From: Fimbriosthenelais zetlandica
Taxonomy: Eukaryota
DNA length: 64,000 bases
Reading direction: 5' to 3'
NCBI GenBank assembly: GCA_977030845.1
Contig: OZ365118.1
Span: 19,654,001 to 19,718,000 of the forward strand
In this document: one piece after another, positions 40,101-52,900 of the stretch
Layout of the letters: every line of letters starts with the position of its first letter
How positions within the stretch are numbered: position 1 is the first letter of the stretch
The notes under the pieces: model-generated
Seen by the model: only the letters and a program-made list of their open reading frames with translations
What the model was told of the DNA's origin: nothing
The model's database searches: none
Position numbers and translations under genes: made by a program

Positions 40101-41683
40101 ACTGCGCCACTCTGCTCTGGCTTCCTCTCTTCCTCAGTATTGAGCTTTATACCAGGCTGCCTGAAGCAGCACTACCAGACCATTGCTGATGCAATGACCA
40201 GGCCTGGCTGTACACTGCCTTCAGATGCTGACACATAGACTTGCCAAGACTATAATCCACACTTATTCCTGCACAGATTGATTGTTAAATCACTGTCATT
40301 GCAAAGACAAAACATACCATTTTATATATTGTCTTGGGCAATTCTATTTCTCATATGCAATTAAAATACCAATCAGTATACGTAGGTGATTAGTATGCTC
40401 GGGGCCTGGGATAGTCTAGTCTGTACCTGGACCATCAGGAACAAAGGAGGGAGAGCTTGAGGCGGGAAATGTAGGTGCGTTTATATATAGCCTGACCTAC
40501 ATGGGGGCTATATGCGGAATGCACGTGTGTGATATGTTGTGGTCTCTGCTGAGATTGATGGTAGAATGCCAGCTCAAGTTAGCCCCCACCCCCACCCATT
40601 AAAATTTATTGTTATAATGTAAACATCCAAGGATATAAATATTGTGATTTCAATCGTAAAATAACACTATGAAGAATAGTCTATATGAAACTCAGAGATG
40701 CTATAGGCCTAGCCTATATATTGTGTACAGATTTTGTGAACATCTAAATCTAATCTAGGCCGACAATTAATTAGTTAGAAATTCTAATAGTCATGTTGGT
40801 GTTCCATATAATTATGCCCCTGACATATTTTTGTCAGTGCCTAAATATATATTTTCAAATCTTCAATGGACTTCCTTCAGTCGAAGGTTTGGAAGTACCA
40901 GGCCAGTGGCATCTGGAATTTATTGGGAGAGGATATACCATCTGCGGGCTTGTGGCGCAATGGATAACGCGTCTGACTACGGATCAGAAGATTCCAGGTT
41001 CGAATCCTGGCAAGCTCGTCTTTTTTCTACCATGCTTTCTTACATGCAATATAAAGCCACACAGATACGAGGGTACATTGGCAAATAACTTCTTGGCAAA
41101 TATAAGAATCTATACCTCACAAATTCACTATATTGAGGCTTAGATTTGTAATACAATGTAATTAATTAAACAATAGCTAACCTGTCTTTGGTAGACCATG
41201 GAAGGTCTGGTATCTCTTGAGACCTTGGTTCAGACGCTCATCATCTGTCCTACCCCGACCATTTTCATAACCAAAACGACGAAGATAACCCTACATATAA
41301 CAGTTATAGGTTATTATAACGATTAACACAACACAAACAGAATCAAGATGATTATGTTTTATAAATATATGCTCACCAGGGCCTTCTGTTTGTCCTCCTT
41401 ATCTTTTTCCTCCTTATCCTTATTCTTGTTACGATTCTATAAGGGGAAATATACTGAATATTAATTCCAAACATGTTGGATGGAATCTTATTAATATAGT
41501 TCAAATTGCAATTAATCATCTAAATATTTAGATTCATAATTTAAGATAACAAGTCTTATATTATGAGAATGTTGTTGGTAAATGAATACTGACCCCTCCT
41601 CGGCCTGGTACTGGTATAGAGAGGCTTAGAGTGACCAGCACTATCAAAGTGACCACTAGTAGACATCGTCCAATCACCCCCAT
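37142..41683 (-). CDS. Matrix metalloproteinase (M10A): signal peptide, pro-domain, catalytic domain, divergent hemopexin domain; 11 coding exons, about 536 aa
   Basis: Exons 41683-41594, 41436-41377, 41290-41182, 39902-39783, 39560-39433, 39213-38982, 38676-38503, 38331-38212, 38025-37877, 37700-37526, 37395-37142; phase-consistent, 1611 nt. Motifs: YLRRFGY...YQTFHGLPKTG, cysteine switch PRCGMAD, structural-zinc motifs YHD/LAHA/DVHMD, HELGHVFSILH, Met-turn IMYP, hemopexin-like IDAV...HYLFKG and VDAA. Confidence 0.9.
40045..40116 (-). tRNA. tRNA-iMet-CAT: Initiator tRNA-Met (anticodon CAT)
   Basis: AGCAGAGTGGCGCAGTGGAAGCGTGCTGGGCCCATAACCCAGAGGTCCGTGGATCGAAACCACGCTCTGCTA, 72 nt. A1:U72 pair and the GATCGAAA T-loop of eukaryotic initiators; T5 terminator 4 nt downstream. 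Confidence 0.97.
40946..41018 (+). tRNA. tRNA-Arg-ACG: tRNA-Arg (anticodon ACG)
   Basis: GGGCTTGTGGCGCAATGGATAACGCGTCTGACTACGGATCAGAAGATTCCAGGTTCGAATCCTGGCAAGCTCG, 73 nt. Intact stems and A/B boxes; T6 terminator at 41021-41026. Confidence 0.97.
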
Positions 41684-41820
41684 CTAAACACAAAATCTTA
41701 TATTATTAATTACAGTATTATTATATTTATAGATCCTATAGCAATATTCTTATTCATTATTATCAGAAATCAGTCAATGATAGAATGAGATCTGGAATAG
41801 TAAGTGAGATGTACCCATAC

Positions 41821-41990
41821 CTTTACATAAACTGTCTGTCCCTGCCTTCACCTCTCTCTCCCGCTGTGTATGTTGAATTGTCATTAATCCTGGGATTATC
41901 CCGGGATTTGTGAGTGGTTTTAATGTAGAGTGCTTTATGTCTGATATGATGGCCCAGTGGCCTCACCTCCAGCTCTTTTATAAGGGACAC
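41821..41990 (-). promoter_or_regulatory. Putative TATA box and non-coding first exon of the MMP gene
   Basis: TATAAAAAG on the minus strand near 41975-41983 and a GTATGG donor at 41820. The MMP ATG is immediately preceded by a tgtttag acceptor, which requires an upstream exon. Confidence 0.45.
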
Positions 41991-43609
41991 AACTCTACTT
42001 TGTTGACTATCTCCCTGCTAGACTTGACCCTGGCATTATTTTCATTTTAATCCCCCTAAAATACAATTTAATCTCCTGTGCTTGGAATTGGTTTAATCGT
42101 GATTCATTTGCCCTGGCAGGACAACTAGAGATAATGATACTTTTCTAGGTAAGGATTATACCATTTTCAAACCTATTTGATTAATATTTGATGGTATATT
42201 ATGATTAATATATTTAATATAGAGGTGTCTAGGGTTTGTCTAGTTGACATCCGCTTGTCGTAGAGTTGTCAACATTTAGAGATATAGGAAACAAGACGCG
42301 TCAAACAGAGAGTGAGCTCTCAGTCTGTCTCAGATCTCTCATATACCGCTCTCTCATTACACACGCAGCATGTTGATGTAACAGTCACGGCCCATCAGCT
42401 CTATCCCATTGGCACCGTGCCTCTTTATTAGCTTCTTGTCCCCATTAATTGACAGCATTTATTATGGTAATTTATGCTTAATTAATACCATAGAAACACG
42501 ACATATTTGACCTCAAATCAAAGATTGGTTCCATCCTGCTTTTGGCTCGGATCACATTTAAACTCTTTAGAATTATAGGTCATATGTTGGGTTTAAGTTA
42601 GATAAAATTGATCATAAAATATATTGCATAATCGTTAAATATGTCCTCAATTGGTGTTGTTCTGTCCCTGCTGACCTTACGTGGAATGTTGAATGTATAA
42701 GGAGTAAGAGAAGGAGATGGTTTGTAGACTCAGTGTTATTAATATTTATCAACGTTTCCTGTTTCTAAGGAAAAACTCCGGAGGAAGGAAGTGGGTTCAA
42801 TACTCACTGTCGACCTGTGGTGTTTATTTGCGGATCAAAACCAGTAAAAAAAAACTATGAGATCATGTTTTAAATAGTCTGAAAACCTACAACCAATTCT
42901 GATGTGTATTCCGCAGTTGTAAAAGTAGTATCCCTGAAGTTGACAAACTTGTGGAACTCTACAAGTTATAGTTTGTATAGAAGAGACAAGCAGGTTTTAC
43001 AAGAAAGAGAGAGATCAAATATTTGACTGACTTTATTTCTGCATTCTGAAGTCATCACTGTTGGTGAGTGGCAGTAAAAGCCAGGCTCAATATGGCAAGA
43101 TATCTGAACATCTGAAGATATCTATATATACTGAACACAGATGGTAAATATGAGGTACTAACCTACACTCATACAGTCATATATACATGGCTAATACTAA
43201 TGTTAATACTAATGATAATACTAGGGTTAATACTACTATGTGATATGTGATACTATTTGTACTATGACTCAATTTCTATCACATTTTCTACTTTAGCAAG
43301 CACTCAAGCACAGTTTATAAGTACACTGATAACATAAATCAATTATCATGAAAAGTCCTTATATTTACATTAAATGATATTATACAAAAGATAAGAGTAC
43401 TCTAGGCGATCGTATCTAAAGTTATGTCTTATAACATCGATACTAGTCTTATTTGGAGAACTATTTTACTGTAGTACAAGGACACTGATTGCGACTCTGC
43501 AATGCACCTACCAATACTTAAGTTTCTATGAAGGGAAAATGCCATACGGTAGCGTAACTGACTAGAATGTAGATAGGTCTACAGGCTTTATTAAGTATAA
43601 ATGTTGGAT

Positions 43610-45019
43610 CTAACTCATGTTATAGAGTGGCATGGCGGCTATAGCAGCTATAACTCCCACCATTGTAAACTCTAGTAATCTCATGGCAGTCTGATAACCC
43701 AGCCAGTACCAGGAGTCAGCCACCCCGGACTCAGACTCACACACCCTGAGAGCAGCCAGGAGGGTGAGCAGAATGTTAGACAGTGACAGTAGGAAGAACA
43801 CTCCCGCTGAGAGTAACACTAGTTTAGCTGCTATAGGAACCTTAGCTTCCACCGGGTCCTTTATACTGGACAGTCGCCTCCTCATCTGCTGTTTCTCACT
43901 CAGTTCAAACTCTATCTTAAAGCTCTCGTCTGATTCCCCACCCTCTTCCTGCTCTGAGATGGCCGCCATCTTGGGGCAGGCCTCCTTATCGTTGGTGGGA
44001 CAGAAGGGCTTGGTGCTCTGGGTGGAGGTCTGAGAGTCAGTACTGCATCCACCTGGACTAGTCACTGTCACTGACAGCGGTGACTGTAGTCTGTCAGGAC
44101 TGTTCATGTTCTCCTCCATGCTCCCGTTCCTCTCTATCATGGCCACCTCACTCTGTTTGTCCATCATGTCCTCTGGTTTTGAACCAAACTCCTCCTTCCC
44201 CCCGTTCCCCAGTAGTTGGCCGTTGCTGCAGCCTACACCTTTACCCTTCCATATCACCTTACTCATCCTGTTAAGCTTAACCCGGGTGAGATAGATTCTG
44301 GAGAAGAGTCTGAAGAAGAGGAACATATAGCATCCTGAGGCAGCCAGGCCAAACACAATGAAGTAGAGTTGACATATGAACTTATACAGTGAAGTCCCCA
44401 TTACGTAACTGACTACAATATCTGTACTGACGACCACTAGAAAGTTGATAGTGATTAACGTGATTAAAAACACTGGGTGTAGTAGGTACTCTGATAAAGT
44501 CAGAGCCTGCATCCTGGTCACCTTCACCAGAGCCACATAGACGAGTAGAAAGGCGGACAAGATGAAGGGATCAAAGGTGTGGAGAGTGATGAGAGATAAC
44601 ACTAGTGGTATATTGCCTGTTGAATGGTACGGATCTGAGAAGAAGTGGATGGTCCGAGTTAACCCACAGCCCAGCAGTAATAACTGGAGGGCTAGGTAGT
44701 ACGGTTTAGCCACTGAATCCTTTATTCTGATCACCTTAATGAGGTGGATCAGGGATATAAGGAAGAGGAAGAGGAAGACAGTAGCTGTGGTGTAGTTATG
44801 TAATCCCCAGGGCACACCACAGTCTCTGACCAGCACAGTCCAGTTAGGTTCAGGTCGGAGGTACCAGGGTCGCTCTCCTACCATACCCATACCCTCAGCG
44901 AATGTCATCACATCATAGTTCTCAGTGGGGCTGAACATCTCAGGTTCTGATTCGGGTTCTGATGAGGGGTAGTCCTTAAGGGCCGTCTCCACTTCAGCCT
45001 CCCCCCGAGCGTCCTCCAT
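43610..45019 (-). CDS. Intronless multi-pass (about 7 TM) membrane protein, PRRT3/PRRT4-like, 469 aa
   Basis: Long ORF with good start context and seven hydrophobic segments. WGLHNY...; TRTIHFFSDPY; ...RLLEFTM resemble remembered PRRT3/4-family motifs. Long acidic/Ser-rich loop between TM5 and TM6. Confidence 0.75.
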   Translation of the reverse strand: MEDARGEAEVETALKDYPSSEPESEPEMFSPTENYDVMTFAEGMGMVGERPWYLRPEPNWTVLVRDCGVPWGLHNYTTATVFLFLFLISLIHLIKVIRIKDSVAKPYYLALQLLLLGCGLTRTIHFFSDPYHSTGNIPLVLSLITLHTFDPFILSAFLLVYVALVKVTRMQALTLSEYLLHPVFLITLITINFLVVVSTDIVVSYVMGTSLYKFICQLYFIVFGLAASGCYMFLFFRLFSRIYLTRVKLNRMSKVIWKGKGVGCSNGQLLGNGGKEEFGSKPEDMMDKQSEVAMIERNGSMEENMNSPDRLQSPLSVTVTSPGGCSTDSQTSTQSTKPFCPTNDKEACPKMAAISEQEEGGESDESFKIEFELSEKQQMRRRLSSIKDPVEAKVPIAAKLVLLSAGVFFLLSLSNILLTLLAALRVCESESGVADSWYWLGYQTAMRLLEFTMVGVIAAIAAMPLYNMS

Positions 45020-47711
45020 TATGGCTGAGGTTTTTTTGTCCTTGAATAAGAAAAGTGGAAATATTTAGGAGAAACCTTGACGCACTGTGACATTATATGA
45101 TCTTATTGCTAATGATATAAGGAGTTCTATAATAATAGGTGACATTTTCCCCTAAAGTTAAATCTAAAATATATTATTGACAGTGATCGACAGGCCCATC
45201 GGAATTTAACTATCCCTGCTTTGCTAATCTTTAAATGTGATTATAATATGTAAAATAGTCAAATAAGTTTGTGTTTTGTTTGAGAATTTTAAACTAACCT
45301 GTTGTCACTGCTGGCTGTGTTCAGGTGACTGAATGTTTTAGCTTCATCTTCCCGTCAGACAGGGGGCGAGTCGTCTACACACCCTATAGATAAATACAGA
45401 CATGTCATTAACGCATACCCTTTATCCATATTAATCTACGCTTAATGCTTATTATCTAAGCTTAAGCTAAGATTAAGACTTGTGATCTGAACTTAAGCCT
45501 TTTTTGATAAGCTCCTACATTGATAATCATTGATTATTATCTTAACACCAAAGATTACCACATTACATTGCAATTGCTGACATATATTATGAAATTATGA
45601 TGAAGAGCTTCCCAATGTACTGCAGCACACTCCCACACACCTACACACACTACCTCTTATCACTTATAGGATTCTCGGGAACAGATATATTCAGGTGTAA
45701 ATAAAACCAATTCTTGGCAATGTTTAACTTAGTCTACCTCTCCCTCACCTCAACAATCTTATCTCTCACACATCCTTGTATGTTTCTGGGATAAAAGATA
45801 CCCAAAATATAGTCAACAACCAACCTCCATGTTCAATGTTACATCCAAATACATGCCCTTATGAGGTAGGATCCTCTATATGGTAGGATCCTCTATATGG
45901 TATCCTATGGGTATATGACACTACCAGGTTCACCCCGAATGCCTCTGTGTACAAACGTTGTTTTGGAACTTGTAACAAGACACTGACTTATAATTAGTTG
46001 TAATCCTTTGTTTGTCATGCCATATGCCCTCCAAACACATGTCATGGAGAGCTTCCACTGGTAATTTTAGTGCTAAAATGGAACACTTTCAGTCTGTGAT
46101 TCCTTTTAGATTGATCAGTCTCACATATGGCCACTTGGTTTACATATTTACAGAGTTAGTAATCAACTAACTTTATATATAGTAGGGTCAGGGTTACCAC
46201 ACTCTCAGCTTTATTGGTGATACGAGCACCGTGTGTGAATGTTTGACATATGCGGGTCTGTTCCATATTCACAGATACCGTAAAACTACAAGTAGCAATT
46301 TTTTTTATACATTATATATTTATTTTTCCCCCTGTGTCTTTAAAGTGCACAGAAATACATCCTACATGTATCCTATCTATTTCCTTAAGGAAAATAATTG
46401 ATTGGGTTTAAACCTTTTTCAAGCAATTATCTTTGTCAATATTTGTGCAACTATATCAAGATTTACGGTAGATGTAATAGGTATTGCCCCACGCATCGTG
46501 CTATAAACACAAACACAATATCAGATGGCTGATATCAATGATTATTGATGTCATAAACTTTGTTACACTCCACCTACTGCGGTTTTTACAAATACTTACC
46601 AAGTTTTAGTATCTCCTTTAGTGGATATTCTATTTATATCTACAGTTCTGCAGTAATTCTCTGAATAATTCTGGTCCTTGACATGCCCCTGGTAGTTGTA
46701 CCTTTTCTACACTTCTTGTGAAGCTTTTTGTTCCACTTTCAAAGCTAATGACGCAGTTGTAGGTAATTAATGAAGCACCCCAGGCATTATATAATGTCTA
46801 TGATGATTAGTCTATATAACAGAGCATGACTAACCTGTTTTAGGGCTGTCGTCAGTAGAAGGTAATCCAACATGTGTACCCGGGTAAACTATTCCAACCC
46901 TCATCCACACAGCACCACAATATGGGTCATTGTTAAGCCCCTTCGTTAGAGAGGTGACATAAAGGGACAGGTGTGTTGAAGGCCATCCCCGCCCCCCTCC
47001 CCCCTCCCCCCTCCCCCCTCTTATACTCACATTGCCATGGCAACCATACCTGAGGGACACCTACTTTTTAAGACCTTTGTGTCAAAGTATGTCTTTTACG
47101 CATGAAAAACTAAATAGAAAATACAATGTTTTATGAATGGACTATCCATTTTAAACCTATACATTGTATTAATATGATTACATTATGCTAAATATCTTGA
47201 CAATATTAGGCAGCAAACCCGGAGGAATAATTGTCCCAGCCTCAAGACAGAATTTAGTGGAAGGTTCTCCCCTATAACAACAGAGGGCGCCACTGTCTGT
47301 CAGAGATCTCGTTATATGATTGTATTGATCATCAGTATTCATAAAAGCCGTGGGACCATGTTATATTGACCACCAGTAATATTGCACCAGGCCTGACAGA
47401 CGAGTTATTACCACTAAACACACACTAAGCCATTACACCTTATTAGTCTTTATTGATCTGAAATTTTCTGTTTAATTCTCCTCCTCAGATTACATATTAG
47501 TTCAAACATTAAAGAGTTGATCAAATCCCTGATCACAGCCTTTGTTGTGAAAGGTACATAGTTTCCTTGGACGGCTATACAATTTGATCCCTTCAAGGAT
47601 ATTACTCACTCAGGCAACCTGCTCAAGTTTGAAGCATTCAGCAAATACTATATATACCAGATAGACTGCCTATAACAACCAACTCAATCCCAGACCGATC
47701 ATTACATCAAA

Positions 47712-49700
47712 ATGACTTTAAAGTGTTGGACGCTTCTCGGTGCTTGGATCTTGGTGTTAGTAGATGGATATGAAGTTGAGATTTTAAATGGAAAGAAGGG
47801 CCAGGTGACATTGAAGGCTTGGGGCAGTGATCTGAGGTCTGTGTCTGATGTGAACATACCCAGTAATGTGACCAGCATTGTGATCAGTAGCACGTCTATC
47901 ACCTCTCTCATTTCTGGGTTGTTCAGCTCATCTAATGCAGACATTACATCTCTCAGTGTGATCAGGAATCGTCAGCTCTCTACTATAGATGACCGAGCCT
48001 TCACTCACCTCTCACACCTCACAGAGCTGAGACTGTCCCGTAATTCTCTCAATACCTTCCCTCACCTCTCCCAGTCCTGCTCTAAACTCACCTTCCTCGA
48101 TCTCTCCTTCAATGTCATAGACAAGGTCACATCTCACGCATTAAGTTCATGTAAACACTTAAAAACACTAAAGCTGAACAACAATAAGTTACAAACCTTG
48201 CCTGATCTCTCAGTCTCAGCCACTTCCCTCACCACCCTCCATATTGGATATAATCAGTTGTCTGATTTCTCTCAGTTTATCCGTGGTTTGAAACGGTTGC
48301 AAACTTTGGTTGCTGGTGGTAACCCATTACATTCGATCTCTGACTTCAGACTCAACCCCAGGCTGACAGCTTTCTCATGTTTCCCCTGTGACTCCCTCAA
48401 GACTTTCGATTACAGTTTTGTGGATGTTTCCACCTGGGTGTCTCTCTATCTTGATCTGAAGCAGGTTTCTATCGACTTCATGCCACAAAGCATCTTGGAT
48501 GCCACTCGTAAATCTCTCACGTATCTCAGGTTGGAGTATAATGGTAGTGTCACATTTCCTGGAGGTTCTCTGGATCTGATGGAGAAGCTTGACAATGTCT
48601 ACCTCCATGGTCTTATATTCGAGGCTGTCCCTTTATTCCTGAGAAGTCGACAATCAATGAGTCACTTGTACATCAGAGAGTCTGTGATAGAATCCTACAG
48701 CAGGTCATCATTTGATGGTTTTGCTCTGCTCTTTACTCTGGTCGTGTCCTCACCTCAGCTGACCATCCTTCCTGACGTCACCAAGTCTACCACATCCATA
48801 CAGACCCTCTCTCTAATGGACGGCAGCATCCGGGACATCCCAAGGTCATTCCTCTCTAAATTCAAGGTCATTAAAAAGTTCCTTGTACAGAAATGTTCCA
48901 TCAGAGAGGTCGGTGACTTGGGGGAATCATCTACTCTAGAGAACATTAATCTGGATGATAATTTGATATCCTTCATTGAGGTGGGAGCTTTCTCTGGTTT
49001 AACTAATCTGAGGACGATCAGTTTGAATGGTAATCAGTTACGGACCCTGTATAAGGTAGAGTCTACCCTGCTCACCAGCCTCTACCTGCTTGGTAACACC
49101 CTGACTTGTGATGCTGAGTTGATGTGGATGTTTGATTTGTTAGAGAGTAATCCACAGCTCCGTGCTCAGTTCTACTGTGGCTGGCCGTGGAATCAACTCA
49201 TGTCTAGTATGACTGAGGAACATCTAGCACCGCCATGTGAGTGAAAACTAACACAATCTTAAATAATACATTAATATTTATTCATCCTATTAATTGAATT
49301 ATACATATGAATTATATATTATGTATAATTTATCTTAATAATACCAGATTTTTTCCAACAATTGTTATTGTGACACCAAATCCTGCAACCTCAAGTCTTG
49401 CTTTGTGAATTACTTCAATATAGTTTCCCACAATTGTAAGAATATGTATGACTTTGTTCATTAACAGCTGGTTCATACAGGGATGTAGGAGGAGGTCTGT
49501 ATGTTGAGGCGACCCTCGCCCGCTTCCTGGTTCTCAGCTCGTCTAATATGAGTGTGACAGACTCTGTCACATCCCCCACCATCCTGAGCTGTGCCAGGAC
49601 CTGTCACAGACACACCACATGTCTGGCCTTCAGCTGGAGTGACAGGAGAATCTGCTCCCTGTATTCACCACCAACCCTCACTACAGTAGCTAGTCCATGA
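47712..49700 (+). CDS. Secreted leucine-rich-repeat protein with a C-terminal PAN/Apple-like domain, 2 exons, about 585 aa
   Basis: Exon 1 (47712-49236): signal peptide, more than 10 LxxLxLxxN repeats, LRRCT (GNTLTCDAELMW...CGWP). GTGAGT donor at 49237 and ttaacag acceptor at 49467, phase 1. Exon 2 (49468-49700) encodes SCARTCHRHTTCLAFSWSDRRICSLY, a PAN-type Cys pattern. No TM segment. Confidence 0.85.
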
Positions 49701-49930
49701 ACTCCATGACAATAGATGTGTATAACAATAGTTACAATAGATCATTGTACAAGTTTATAAATGGCTTCACTCTGCATATAAACCTCACTAGTACAATAGA
49801 TACCCTAGGTGTAGTTATTCGTTAATGGACTTTTATAGTATGTGGAAATATGAGTAGGGAAATGTCCGAGTTGAAATTGATTGAATTGTGATGATTTGTT
49901 CTATTGTGGTCCAGAGATGATAATGTCTGC

Positions 49931-52900
49931 TCATTGCCATCCTATGGCAGCATGGCAGATAAGGAGGTAGACCATGGCTATCATTACAGTCAGTATCATA
50001 GTAGGGAAGCCAATTCTGAAAAACAACAACATCTATCATAGAATATCCGCTGAGTACTGTCCTGAAGAAAGTGAATTGCGATAAGACAAAGCCTTACTTA
50101 AAGAAACCCCAGAAGGTGAACTTATGTCCATGAGTATCTGCTATTCCTGCACACACCACATTAGCTGAAGCACCAATTAATGTCCCATTCCCTGAAAAAA
50201 GTTCATAAAATGTTTGAAAATGGTGTCATTATTGAAGGATTCAGAAGGGAATGAATTTTCTCACCTCCTAAACAAGCTCCAAACGCCAGGGACCAGACCA
50301 GGGGTTGTACAGGTAGGTTCACAGCGGGGTCACCTGATAGCTTCACGATCACTGGTAACTGTGAGCAAAATAGTCACTAGTTTGTTAATATGATGATATG
50401 AGGAAATCATTGGTTTATTAATTAAAATTTAAACCATTCCTTCCATGCCCACTACAATTGTTTCCCTGATCTTAAGCATGCAATCTATGAGTACTCATAC
50501 GTACTGTCAGTACTCGTATTATTCTACAGTTGATAGTCTGAGTGTACTAAGTAGTAGAACTGACCATGGCTGTAGTGAATGGAATGTTGTCTATAAAGCT
50601 TGAACACAGAGCTGATGTCCACAGGATGACAATGATGGCTACAGCCAGACGCTGGCCTTCAGGGATTGACGTCACCCAGCCTGTCACCTGAGTCGTGATC
50701 CAGTCTATCAGGCCTAGCTGAGTTAGGGCCTGGGAAAAAAAAAACAAGCCTTAAATTAGATACACATTAAGCTGTTTCTATATGTCTTATTGATAAAGCA
50801 TTGCAGCAAGAAAGGCCAATGATTACGGTAGCAAAATATACAATGTTGTCTTGCTAAATTGATGACAGCCTACCTTCATTAAGACAAATAATGAGGAGAA
50901 GAAGATGAGAGTTGCCCACTCAATCCTGTGTAAAATACTCTCAAAATCCGAGTAGTCAGCAAGTATTACCAGACATAGCGCCCCCAGTACAGGGATCCAT
51001 CCTGTAAAGTACCATAGTATACAGTTAGAGCTTATAGTGATATCTTCGGAAATAACAGACAAATTCAAGCCGATCTTATCCTTCCTGACCTAGGCTGATA
51101 TAATTTGGTCCAACGATGGAAGTTATAAAGAAACCAATGATGACAGCGACAAGAACTGACATAGACTTCACCAGTAATACGGGGTCTCTTATCTTATACT
51201 GAAAATAGAGGGAAAAGGCTGTATTTTCATCCAAATTGTCAGAATGAAATTTGATTTCAATTAGATTGGAATGACCTTACCCGTCTCTCCATCTCTTCTA
51301 GCTGTAGCTTGTAGAACTCGCGCTCACTCTCACTCTGTTGTTTAAACTTCCTCTTGACACGTCGCTCTATGTTGGTGATCTTCTGTTCTAACATGTCCTT
51401 CACTTGCTTCTCTTCTCTGGAGGCGACTGTGATTTGAGACGATGCTCGCCTCCAGATCTCAGCCTCATGCTGCAAGTCTGAACGCAATCACAAAATGATG
51501 AGAAGTTAAGTCGAAACGAGTGAAATTTAGTTGAGAATCTAGCTCCAGATCTTGATGGTGAAGGCATTAAATATTAGGAGAAAATTTGGTAAATTTTAGT
51601 GGGAGAATTGATTTGTTATACCTGCTACTTCGCGAGGTACACCTCGATGAAGTAAGACTTTCCTCCTGTAGATGAACCTGAGCATAGCATAGGCTCCAAT
51701 AGCACAGAAGACACTCCCAATAAACATGTGGAGAGTAAAGTTACCAAAGCCTATACCCTGAAAATGGAATGAGTGGAACCTAAGACTGGTTTATCCATTT
51801 CCTGAAGTTTCAATGAACTAAAGCAGTCATATGTTGGAGATCTGATTGAGTTGGAAGTTTTAATGTAACTTACACTATCGATGATGTCTTTGTTGGACAC
51901 TATGAGAACATTAGGAGGGTCTCCTATAGCTGTGGCAGCGCCACCAATGTTGGAAAAGAGAACTTCTGCCATCAAAACGTGCTTTGGGTCGATGTCGAGA
52001 ACTTCACATAACCTGAGAGAGGATAAATGGCAGTGAATATTGTTGAAATTATGTTGAGAATGTTACTGAACTTACTGTCAAATATTTTACCTGATTGTGA
52101 CAGGAGAGAGAAGAAGTATGGTTGTGACATTATCAAGAAAGGCTGAGATAATAGCTGAGAAAGTACACAGAGTGGTGATGAGTGGCCATGTCTTCCCCTT
52201 AGCTAAACGATAAGCCTGAAATCACGAATAAATAATGTGACAGATGACAGATTACAATTTAATATTAGAAATGATGAAGCAGTTTAATATGTTTTATATA
52301 TTGATTGCACTGACCTGTAGAGCTAGCCAGTCAAAGACTCCCGTATCGACCAAGATGGCGACCAGTACCATCATCCCGAATAGTAAACACAGGGTCTCAT
52401 AATCCAGCCAGCTGATCACTCGGTCTAGAGGGGGTTTCTATAACAAATGAATGAAGACCTGGCTGTATTTGAGCAGTGTACCTTCATCAGGGATTTGGGA
52501 AGGCATAGTCTGTCTATGACAAATCGTAACACTATAGTCTAACAGAACATTGTTTAGACCAAAAATTTATTTTTGAGAAAAATGAATCATGATAATATAC
52601 CTCGTTCGTGGAAGCCAGTAGAGCTATAGCAACAAGAGCCCCCAACATGGCGGCCATAGTCCGGTGGATCAACTGAAAATAAGTCTCATACTTCATATCT
52701 TCCTTTAAATGCCATTGAAAGGTGTTAATTGCCATGATTTGTCTGTGTGAGGTTGTTATAAATACTCACATCAAATACAATGAGTACATAGACAGCCACT
52801 AGTGTACAGGCAGCAGCTATCACTCCAAATTCCACCTGGTAGGACAAGGGGACAAAGAAGATGGAGATGGGGCGAGGGTCGTCCGAGTTAGATCCTACTT

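Noticed and set aside
49237-49244. TGT GAG TGA at the end of the LRR ORF as selenocysteine or readthrough
   Set aside because: Better explained by the splice donor; the downstream sequence is AT-rich intron with stops and no SECIS is evident.
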